Assembly (NCBI GenBank): GCA_027064425.1 | Contig: JAMOPO010000015.1 | Location: forward strand, 192,001-256,000 | DNA: 64,000 nucleotides | Direction: 5' to 3' | DNA from: Methanobacteriota archaeon | GTDB lineage: Archaea; JAADCQ01; Methanopyri; Methanopyrales; Methanopyraceae | Notes under the pieces: model-generated | Database searches by the model: none | What the model saw: the letters and a program-made list of their open reading frames with translations, nothing else | Told to the model about the DNA's origin: nothing | Program-made: the position numbers and the translations under genes | Shown here: in pieces, positions 12,711 through 20,049 of the stretch | Layout of the letters: the number at the start of each line of letters is the position of its first letter | Numbering within the stretch: position 1 is the stretch's first letter

Positions 12711-13736
12711 TTGGACCGCGCCACCCTGTTGAAGGCGCTCCTGGGCGCCGGCCTCGGGGCGGCCGCGCTCTACGTCACCCTGGCTCACCTGGTGGACGCG
12801 CGCCGCGTCCTCCACGAGCTGGCCACCGCGGACCCGGGCTGGATGCTGGCGGCGGGAGCGTGTGAGATCCTCTGGTTCCTAGCTTGCGCGTGCGGGTGGA
12901 GGGCTACCTTCATCCCGCTCGGAGAAGCCCCCGCCCGCCGGTGGCTCCTCGCCCTGTACACCGTGAAGCTGATGGTGAACAACGTCCTCTCCGCGGGGAG
13001 AGTGCTCGGCGACGTGGCCCGGGTCTACTACGGGGCCCGGCTGGGGTGGCCCCTCCGGAGCACCGTTCCCACGGTCTTGGCGGACATCGTCCTCGGTAAC
13101 CTAGGCTACATTCTCGTCGTGCTCGCCGCCCTCGCGCTCTCGCTGTCGGTCGCGCGCGTCCCCCTCGAGCTGGCGGTGCTGAACGTCGCTGGGCTGGTCG
13201 CGGGCGCGGTCCTGTGGGCCGCGATGAGGTCCGAGAGGGCGTGCAGGGAGCTTTATGGGGTGGTGTGCGAGGCCGCGGAGGGGCTCCTGCGCCGGCTGGG
13301 TTACCCGTTGGAGAGCGCGGACGAGTTCGCGGACGCGACCGTCCGGATCTTCCGGTCCGACCGGGCCTGGACGGCCCTCGCCCACTACACCGTGGGTTGG
13401 GCGGCGCGGGTCCTGCGGCTCTGCTGCGTGACGTGGGCCATCTGGCCCTCCGCCCCGCCGCTCGTACCGGTGCTGATGTCGGTCGCTGTCCGCGGGTCGG
13501 CGGTGCTGTCCGTCTCCCCCGCCGGGATCGGGATCATCGAGGGGATCACGGCCGGGGCGATGGCGGTGCTGGGAGTTGACCCGTCTCGGGTGGTCGCCGC
13601 CCTGCTGCTGGACCGCGTGTACGCGACCCTGATTCCGGTGCTGCTCGGCGCGGTGAGCGTCCTCGTGCTGGAGCAGCGCGCCCTTCGGGGGGCGGGTGAG
13701 CGTGGACGTTCACGGGGAGGTGGTGGGGTTCGGTGA
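12711..13736 (+). CDS. UPF0104 / lysylphosphatidylglycerol synthase TM-domain (flippase-like) protein
   Basis: NNV...GDVAR, SPAGIGIIEG and LLDR motifs; multi-TM; GGAG RBS before TTG. Confidence 0.85.
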   Translation: MDRATLLKALLGAGLGAAALYVTLAHLVDARRVLHELATADPGWMLAAGACEILWFLACACGWRATFIPLGEAPARRWLLALYTVKLMVNNVLSAGRVLGDVARVYYGARLGWPLRSTVPTVLADIVLGNLGYILVVLAALALSLSVARVPLELAVLNVAGLVAGAVLWAAMRSERACRELYGVVCEAAEGLLRRLGYPLESADEFADATVRIFRSDRAWTALAHYTVGWAARVLRLCCVTWAIWPSAPPLVPVLMSVAVRGSAVLSVSPAGIGIIEGITAGAMAVLGVDPSRVVAALLLDRVYATLIPVLLGAVSVLVLEQRALRGAGERGRSRGGGGVR

Positions 13737-14412
13737 CGTGGCCGCTCTGGCCGACGTGCACATCGGGGTGGAGATCGAGCTGCGGCGCCGCGGGATCCGG
13801 GTCGTTAACAAGACGGAGGACCGGGTCGAGAAGCTGCTGGACCGGCTGGAGACGCTGGACCCCGAGGTGCTCGTGATCGTGGGTGACCTGAAGCACAACG
13901 TGCCCAGGGCCAGCGACCTGGAGTTCAGCGGCGTGCCCAGGTTCGTGGAGGCGGCGCTGGAGGTCGTGGACGAGGTCGTGGTGGTGAAGGGGAACCACGA
14001 TGGTCGCGTGGAGGACCTGCTGAGCGGGCTCGACGGCGTTCGCGTGGTCGGGACGCGGGGAGCGCTGGTCGACGGGATTTACTTCTCTCACGGGCACGCG
14101 GAGCCGGATCCCGACCTGCTAAGGGAGGCGAGGGCGGTCGTGTTCGGGCACGAACACCCGGTCTCGGAGGCCGTCCCCGGGACCACGGTGAAGGTGTTCT
14201 TGGAGCTTGAGCTCGACCTCGAGCGGCTCACTCGGGGTGAGCTGGAGGGCCGGCTGCCCGGGCTGGTGCTGCCAGCGTTCGACGACGTGGTGGGCGGGAC
14301 GGAGGTTGGGGAAGGTGCGGACGACGACCGGCTCCTGCTGGCGCACCGCCGGGGCGCGGTGGTAGAGGAGTCCGTCCTGCCCGTTCCGGACCCGGAGCTG
14401 GAGCCGATTTGA
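13696..14412 (+). CDS. Metallophosphoesterase (calcineurin-like)
   Basis: DVHIG, GDLKH, GNHD, SHGH and GHEHP motifs. Confidence 0.92.
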   Translation: MSVDVHGEVVGFGDVAALADVHIGVEIELRRRGIRVVNKTEDRVEKLLDRLETLDPEVLVIVGDLKHNVPRASDLEFSGVPRFVEAALEVVDEVVVVKGNHDGRVEDLLSGLDGVRVVGTRGALVDGIYFSHGHAEPDPDLLREARAVVFGHEHPVSEAVPGTTVKVFLELELDLERLTRGELEGRLPGLVLPAFDDVVGGTEVGEGADDDRLLLAHRRGAVVEESVLPVPDPELEPI

Positions 14413-14417
14413 GGGGC

Positions 14418-14473
14418 TCGCCCCCGGAAGTTTTCCTCATCGTGAGGTCTCGGGAGAGGGCGCGGCCGGTCAT
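14418..14473 (-). ncRNA. Candidate C/D-box sRNA
   Basis: ATGACCG-guide-CCGA-spacer-ATGAGGA-guide-GCGA; TTAAAAA upstream on the minus strand. Confidence 0.55.
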
Positions 14474-14538
14474 CGCCCCGGGGCTCGTTCCCAAGGGCTT
14501 TTTAACAGCTCCTCGGGCCGGGGCCTGGGGGTGGCGGG

Positions 14539-15603
14539 ATGCCGAAGGTCCGCGTGGGCGTGCTGGGAGCGACTGGGATCGTGGGTCAGCGGTTCGTGAG
14601 CCTGCTCGTGGATCACCCCTGGTTCGAGCTGGAGGCGCTGACCGCCTCGCCGCGGTCCGCGGGCAAGCCCTACGCGGAAGCCTCGAAGTGGTACCTGAAC
14701 GAGCCGCTGCCGGAGGACGTCGCCGAGATGACCGTGCTGGAGACGGATCCGAAGGAGGTCGAGCGTGAGGCGGACGTGGACCTGGTCTTCTCCGCCCTGC
14801 CGTCGGACGTGGCCAAGGAGGTGGAACCCAAGTTCGCCGAGGCCGGCTTCGCCGTGGCGAGCAACGCGAGCGCGTACCGGATGGAAGAGGACGTCCCGCT
14901 CGTAATCCCGGAGGTGAACCCGGACCACCTGGAGCTGATCGACGTGCAGCGGGACGAGCGGGGCTGGGACGGATTCATCGTGACGAACCCGAACTGCTCC
15001 ACGATCCAAATGGTGCTCACGCTCAAGCCGCTCATGGACGAGTTCGGGGTCGAGGAGGTCATCGTCTCGACCATGCAGGCCGTCTCCGGCGCGGGGTACG
15101 CGGGCGTCCCATCGATGGCCATCCTGGATAACATCATCCCGTACATCGAGGGTGAGGAGGAGAAGATGGAGACCGAGACGCTGAAGATCCTGGGCGAGCT
15201 CGACGGCGATCGCGTGAAGCCGGCGGACATTACCGTCTCGGCATCCTGCCACCGGGTGCCCGTGCTCGACGGGCACACGGAGGCCATCTTCGTGTCGACG
15301 ACCGAGGAGGCCGACCCGAAGGAGGCGGCCGAGGTGCTCGCCGAGTTCAGGGGCGTCCCGCAGGAGAGGGACCTGCCGACGGCGCCCGAGCAGCCCGTCA
15401 TCGTCCGCGAGGAGGAGGACCGGCCGCAGCCACGGTTCGACCGGGAGGCGGACGGCGGCATGGCGGTGGTCGTGGGTCGAATCCGGCGGGACCCGGTCCT
15501 GGGCGGGCTGAAGTACGTCTGCGTGGGTCACAACGCGGTGCGCGGCGCGGCCGGCGCGTCCGTGCTCAACGCCGAGCTGCTGGTCAGCGAAGGCTACCTC
15601 TGA
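14539..15603 (+). CDS. asd: Aspartate-semialdehyde dehydrogenase
   Basis: GATGIVG, NPNCST, QAVSGAG, CHRVPV and HNAVRGAAG motifs. Confidence 0.97.
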   Translation: MPKVRVGVLGATGIVGQRFVSLLVDHPWFELEALTASPRSAGKPYAEASKWYLNEPLPEDVAEMTVLETDPKEVEREADVDLVFSALPSDVAKEVEPKFAEAGFAVASNASAYRMEEDVPLVIPEVNPDHLELIDVQRDERGWDGFIVTNPNCSTIQMVLTLKPLMDEFGVEEVIVSTMQAVSGAGYAGVPSMAILDNIIPYIEGEEEKMETETLKILGELDGDRVKPADITVSASCHRVPVLDGHTEAIFVSTTEEADPKEAAEVLAEFRGVPQERDLPTAPEQPVIVREEEDRPQPRFDREADGGMAVVVGRIRRDPVLGGLKYVCVGHNAVRGAAGASVLNAELLVSEGYL

Positions 15604-16064
15604 GCCAGCCGCTCCGCCAGGTCCACGGCCTCCTTCGGCGACTCCGCCCCCTCGATCTCACCGCGCTCCGCCAGCTCCCTTGCCCAGCCTCCCGAGGGCT
15701 TCAGCCCGATCACGGGCCTGCCCATCTTCCGCGCCAGTGAGATCTCGGAGAGCGTTCCCCAGCCGCCCGCGACCGCGATCACGGCCTCGCCCGCTCGGAC
15801 GACGAGCGCGTTTCGAGCCTCTCCCAGCCCGGTCGGCAGCTTGACGTCCACGTACGGGTTCGCCTCCTCATGATCCTCGCCCGGGAGCACGCCCACGGTG
15901 ATGCCACCTTCCTCCTTCGCGCCCCTGCACGCCGCCTCCATCACCCCACCCCGACCGCCACACACCAGCACGTGACCGCGCCGGGCGATCTCCCGCCCAA
16001 GGTCCTCCGCCAGCTCGAGCACATCACGAGGCGCGCTGGCACTCCCGATCACGGCGATCTGCAC
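15594..16064 (-). CDS. TIGR00725 / LOG-family Rossmann-fold nucleotide-binding protein
   Basis: [18 protein letters not shown] and GGWGTLSE motifs. Confidence 0.88.
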   Translation of the reverse strand: MQIAVIGSASAPRDVLELAEDLGREIARRGHVLVCGGRGGVMEAACRGAKEEGGITVGVLPGEDHEEANPYVDVKLPTGLGEARNALVVRAGEAVIAVAGGWGTLSEISLARKMGRPVIGLKPSGGWARELAERGEIEGAESPKEAVDLAERLAQR

Positions 16065-16078
16065 GGGACAGCCCCCTC

Positions 16079-16135
16079 TCAGCTGGCGTAACGGTCCCCA
16101 TCGCCCCCCGGCTAAGCCAACCGGGTGTTCATCAT
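16079..16135 (-). ncRNA. Candidate C/D-box sRNA
   Basis: ATGATGA-guide-CTTA...ATGGGGA-guide-CTGA. Confidence 0.65.
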
Positions 16136-16161
16136 CGGGCTGAGGGTGAGCGTGAGAGGGG

Positions 16162-16218
16162 TCGGTCCCGGGACTCCCGATCATCCCGGTTCCGGTCAGC
16201 TATCATCCGGTTCCTCAC
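16162..16218 (-). ncRNA. Candidate C/D-box sRNA
   Basis: GTGAGGA-ACCGGATGATAG-CTGA-hairpin-ATGATC-guide-CCGA. Confidence 0.65.
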
Positions 16219-16239
16219 TCCCCCTGCACGGCCGACACT

Positions 16240-16265
16240 GTCCCAATTAATCGTCCCAATTAATC
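16240..16265. repeat. Perfect 13-bp tandem duplication GTCCCAATTAATC
   Basis: Two adjacent copies at 16240-16252 and 16253-16265. Confidence 0.9.
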
Positions 16266-16280
16266 AACGCTCGGGACCGC

Positions 16281-16331
16281 TCGGTCGGGGCGCAGCTCCC
16301 CATCGACGTCGGTCCAAGCCGATGTCCTCAT
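16281..16331 (-). ncRNA. Candidate C/D-box sRNA
   Basis: ATGAGGA-CATCGGCTTGGA-CCGA-cgtcg-ATGGGGA-GCTGCGCCCCGA-CCGA. Confidence 0.7.
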
Positions 16332-16347
16332 CGCGGGGGCGGCGGGC

Positions 16348-17121
16348 GTGAGCGTGCTCAACGAGATCCTCTCCACCGTGAGGAAGCGCGTGGACGAGCT
16401 CAAGAACCGCGAGTTCAAGCCCAGGGCCGGAGGTAGGTCCCTCCGGCGGGCGGTCGAGGGCGACGGTGTCGCCGTGATCGCCGAGATTAAACCCTCCTCA
16501 CCCTCCCAGGGTCGCCTCAGGCACGAGGACGAGGAGGGGCTCCGGGAGCGCGCCCGCGCCTACGAGCGGGGCGGGGCCGCGGGCATCTCGGTGCTGACGG
16601 AGCCCGAGTACTTCGACGGCAGGCCCGAGTACATCCCGCTCGTCCGAGAGGCGGTCGACCTGCCGATCCTCAGGAAGGACTTCATCATAGATCCCGTGCA
16701 GGTGGAGGAGAGCGCGCACTACGAGGCGGACGCGATCCTGCTGATCGCGGAGGCGGTGGGCGACCGCGCCCCCGAGCTCATCGACCTGGCCCACGAGCAC
16801 GGTCTCGAGGTCCTCCTGGAGCTGGACCGCCGGGAGCACCTAAGGCTGCTGGACGACGCGCGGCCCGACCTGGTCGGCGTGAACAACCGGGACCTGCGCA
16901 CCCTGGAGGTGGACCTGAACCGCACGCTAGAGCTCGGCCCGGAGGTCAGGGGGAGGGTCGACGCCCCCCTGGTCGCGGAGTCCGGCGTCTCCGGGCCCGA
17001 GGACGTGGCCCGACTGGCCGAGGTCGCGGACGCGGTCCTGGTCGGCACGTACCTGATGAGGGCCGAAGATCCAGAGTCCGCGGTGCGAGGCCTCGTCGAG
17101 GCCGGGAGGAGCGCGAGATGA
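16348..17121 (+). CDS. trpC: Indole-3-glycerol phosphate synthase
   Basis: IAEIKPSSPS, SVLTE, LRKDFI, GVNNRDL and AESG motifs. Confidence 0.97.
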   Translation: MSVLNEILSTVRKRVDELKNREFKPRAGGRSLRRAVEGDGVAVIAEIKPSSPSQGRLRHEDEEGLRERARAYERGGAAGISVLTEPEYFDGRPEYIPLVREAVDLPILRKDFIIDPVQVEESAHYEADAILLIAEAVGDRAPELIDLAHEHGLEVLLELDRREHLRLLDDARPDLVGVNNRDLRTLEVDLNRTLELGPEVRGRVDAPLVAESGVSGPEDVARLAEVADAVLVGTYLMRAEDPESAVRGLVEAGRSAR

Positions 17122-17942
17122 TGTCGCCGGAGAAGCTGGCGTGGGCGACGCTGCTGGGGGTGTCCCGGGGGCTCTACGTGTTCGCGGGCGCGTTCGTGGC
17201 CTCCGTGGTTTACCGGTACGTGGCGGAGGAGCGGATCACGATGACGACCGCCCTCTTCATCGGCCTGTTGACCGCGGGCTTCGCATCGGGTCCCCAGAAG
17301 CTGGCCGCGCTGGCCTTTACACAGATCAACGTCGAGGTCCTGGCCTGGACGCTCGCCGCCCTGTTCTCGATCCCCGGGCGCACCTACGGGGACGCGCTGG
17401 GACGGAGGCTGCTCGAGGCGCGCATCACCAGCGTGAAGCCGACGACCAAGACGTACCGGCTTCCTTCCGACCCGGACAACATCGAGGATGTCCCGGGCGA
17501 GCCGCCCGCGCCCCGAGAGGTCAAGGAGCGGATCGCGGGCCGGGAGTACGAGTTCCCGCGCGGGACGCCCGAAGACGACGTGGAGCGGGTGATCAAACGG
17601 GACCTCGAGCGGGAGGGTGGGATCGGCCGTGCGATCGTGGAGGTGGGTGAGGACGAGGAGGTCCGCGTTAAAGTCGCCGGCTCCAAACCACCCGTGTCGC
17701 ACACGCTGCCGCCCGACAAGGTGGCCGTTTCGGTGAACCCGAAGGGCGGGTCAACCCACGTGGGCGAGGGCGACACGGTGATCGTCTACGCGGACGGGCG
17801 CAAAATCTGCGAGGCGGAGGTCTGGAAGCGGTCCTCGGACGGCGTCGTTCTCGTGGTGGATTCCGATCACGCGGACGAGCTAATGAGGTTGGTCACCAAG
17901 GGAAAGGACGTGTCCCTGGTGGTCAAGCCGGCCAGGGAGTGA
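17118..17942 (+). CDS. Conserved hypothetical membrane protein (N-terminal TM helices plus soluble domain)
   Basis: Three hydrophobic N-terminal helices; coupled to the trpC stop. Confidence 0.75.
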   Translation: MMSPEKLAWATLLGVSRGLYVFAGAFVASVVYRYVAEERITMTTALFIGLLTAGFASGPQKLAALAFTQINVEVLAWTLAALFSIPGRTYGDALGRRLLEARITSVKPTTKTYRLPSDPDNIEDVPGEPPAPREVKERIAGREYEFPRGTPEDDVERVIKRDLEREGGIGRAIVEVGEDEEVRVKVAGSKPPVSHTLPPDKVAVSVNPKGGSTHVGEGDTVIVYADGRKICEAEVWKRSSDGVVLVVDSDHADELMRLVTKGKDVSLVVKPARE

Positions 17943-18025
17943 GGTGTGCCCCGCGGCTAGCCAGGCCGGTCATTCATCGCCTTCCGGTCGTCATTCGTCC
18001 CGGCCCCAGCCTGGGACCGCGGGGC
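17942..18025 (-). ncRNA. Candidate H/ACA guide RNA
   Basis: GCCCCGCGG/CCGCGGGGC basal stem, internal pocket, GGCCGG/CCGGCC upper stem with GA/TGA K-turn-like motifs, ACA directly 3' of the stem. Confidence 0.6.
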
Positions 18026-18028
18026 TCA

Positions 18029-18110
18029 TCGGCAGGCCCCTACTCCCCATCATCGGGCTCGCGCCCTCCGGTTTTCGGGGCCCGCCTCTCGTGAGTCCCA
18101 GAGCCGTCAC
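18029..18110 (-). ncRNA. Candidate C/D-box sRNA with long internal hairpin
   Basis: GTGACGG-guide-ACGA-hairpin-ATGATGG-GGAGTAGGGGCCTG-CCGA, immediately upstream of the H/ACA hairpin. Confidence 0.45.
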
Positions 18111-18128
18111 ACGCTAAAAAAGGCTCGA

Positions 18129-18704
18129 TCAGAACGGCTCCAGCTCCGGGTAGTACCGCCGGAACCTCCGCAGGGCCTCCTTGGTCGGTCCGGGGAACCT
18201 GTTCCCCAGCTCGCGCACGAACTCCGACCGAGTCCTTCCCGGGATCAGCTCCAGGATCTCACGCGCCACCTCGACCGTCCTGGAGTCGCAGAACCTGGGC
18301 ACCTCCATCGTGAGCGTGAGCACGTCCTCTCCGAGCACCTGCTTGTGCCCCCGGGGGACCGACCCCAGCAACACTCCCCGCCCGAAATCCACGAGGCCCG
18401 GTACCCGCCCCCGGCTCTCCCGGGTGAGCCGATCGTAGGCTTCGGGCCGGTAGCAGTGCAGCTCCACGTACGCGTCGAACGGGCGCAACGACTCGACCAC
18501 CTCCAACCACCGCGCGCCCACCTCCGACTCGTAGAACCTCGGATCCACGGTGCTCACGTACGGCCCCCGGGACATGACCTTCCTGACCCGGAACTCCGGC
18601 GGGACCATCCGCCCGACCACCGGGTCGAGCCACCGGCCCTCGTCCCCATGCACCCCGTAAAGCAGCACCGGTCGGTGGATGGGGTGGTCACCGCGTGCGC
18701 CCAT
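18129..18704 (-). CDS. DUF2119-like conserved methanogen protein (Zn-peptidase-like fold)
   Basis: GVHGDEG, YVST, YVELHCY, GVLLGSV and TMEVP motifs. Confidence 0.7.
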   Translation of the reverse strand: MGARGDHPIHRPVLLYGVHGDEGRWLDPVVGRMVPPEFRVRKVMSRGPYVSTVDPRFYESEVGARWLEVVESLRPFDAYVELHCYRPEAYDRLTRESRGRVPGLVDFGRGVLLGSVPRGHKQVLGEDVLTLTMEVPRFCDSRTVEVAREILELIPGRTRSEFVRELGNRFPGPTKEALRRFRRYYPELEPF

Positions 18705-19936
18705 GGTTCCCGCAGGCCCCCGAGGTGGACACCCCGACCGTGAAGCCCGAGGAGGTGGAGTCGTACCTAGACGACGTCCGGGAGCGGGTCGGGGCGTACG
18801 CCTTCGGCGAGAAGAGCTGGTCCAAGAAGGTCCGCTCCCGGCGCGCCTACCTCCGTAAGATCGAGGGAGATGACGAGGCGCTGAAGGCTTACTCTGCCCT
18901 CCTCACCATCGCCGCCTCCGGGCCCAGGCCGGCCCGGCACCTGGTCGCGGAGGGCGAGTCCGCCCTCGCCGAGACGGCTCTGTACGAGGCTCGACGAGAG
19001 AGTGACGAGCACGAGTGCCTCGAGGAGCGCGCGCTCCGAGAGCTCTACCGCTGGGACGTCAGGGTCCTGCACCGGGAGCTCCAGCTGTACGCCGTGCACT
19101 TCACCTACCCGCTGCTCCATCGCTCCCCGGGCGGCCAGAAGCTGAAGGTCCACGTCACCGACGACCCGGCGGAGGCACTGCGCGAGCTGCGCTCACCCAG
19201 CACCCTGGGCGTCCGGCTGAAGGGTCGCGTCGACGGAACGGTCCTCGCCTGCCCCCGGTGCGGGTACGCCCGCCTCATGGGGTCCGACGGGCTCGGTCAG
19301 AGCAGGAGCCGTCAGTTCGGCCGCCGCGACGCGTGCCCGGAGTGTCGCTCCCGACTGATTCGAGTCCCCGACAGCGTCCTGGACGTGCTCCGCGAGCCCG
19401 GCGGGTACCTCGTCATGCACTTCCGCACGCTCGCGCGCACCTTCCGGGAGGACGCCCGGCGCCTCACCCTGGAGGACATCGAGCGGGCCCCCTCGGACGA
19501 GGAGCTGCGCGAGGTCTGCCTGGAGCTCTTCCCCCGGCTCAAGGAGCGGATGGAGCGGGCCCGCCGGCGGGCCAAGCGCGGCGGCTTCCCACCCTGCATG
19601 AGGAGCCTCCTGGAGCGGGCTCAAGAGGGCGAGAACCTCCCGCACGAGGCGCGGTTCGCCCTGGCCGCCTTCCTGATCAACGTCGGCTGGGACGAGGACC
19701 AGGTGGTCGAGGTCTTCTCGAACCTACCCGACTTCGACGAGGAGCGCTGCCGGTACCAGGTGCGCCACATCGCCGGAAAGGAGGGGTCGGGAACGAGGTA
19801 CCTTCCGCCCAACTGCGACAAAATGCGCGAGTGGGGCCTCTGCGAGAACCCCGACGGCTGCGGCGTTAAGAACCCGATCGTGTACGCTCGGCGAGGAGGC
19901 GAGTCCGCAGGATCGAGCTCCGACGGCTCGGCATAG
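18695..19936 (+). CDS. priL: DNA primase large subunit PriL
   Basis: C-terminal Fe-S domain FPPCM...HEARFALAAFL...FDEERCRYQVRHI...PPNCDKM...C...C. Confidence 0.9.
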   Translation: MRPWFPQAPEVDTPTVKPEEVESYLDDVRERVGAYAFGEKSWSKKVRSRRAYLRKIEGDDEALKAYSALLTIAASGPRPARHLVAEGESALAETALYEARRESDEHECLEERALRELYRWDVRVLHRELQLYAVHFTYPLLHRSPGGQKLKVHVTDDPAEALRELRSPSTLGVRLKGRVDGTVLACPRCGYARLMGSDGLGQSRSRQFGRRDACPECRSRLIRVPDSVLDVLREPGGYLVMHFRTLARTFREDARRLTLEDIERAPSDEELREVCLELFPRLKERMERARRRAKRGGFPPCMRSLLERAQEGENLPHEARFALAAFLINVGWDEDQVVEVFSNLPDFDEERCRYQVRHIAGKEGSGTRYLPPNCDKMREWGLCENPDGCGVKNPIVYARRGGESAGSSSDGSA

Positions 19937-19982
19937 GCGGAACGCTCGTCACCCCGACCTCGGCGATGGGCCTGCTCGTCAT
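19928..19982 (-). ncRNA. Candidate C/D-box sRNA
   Basis: ATGACGA-GCAGGCCCATCG-CCGA-spacer-GTGACGA-guide-CCGA; TTTAAG upstream on the minus strand. Confidence 0.7.
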
Positions 19983-20049
19983 CGCCCGTCCCGCGAGCTT
20001 AACTTAAAGGCCCTTAAGACGACCTCGGTGACGGACGGGGGATGCCAGA

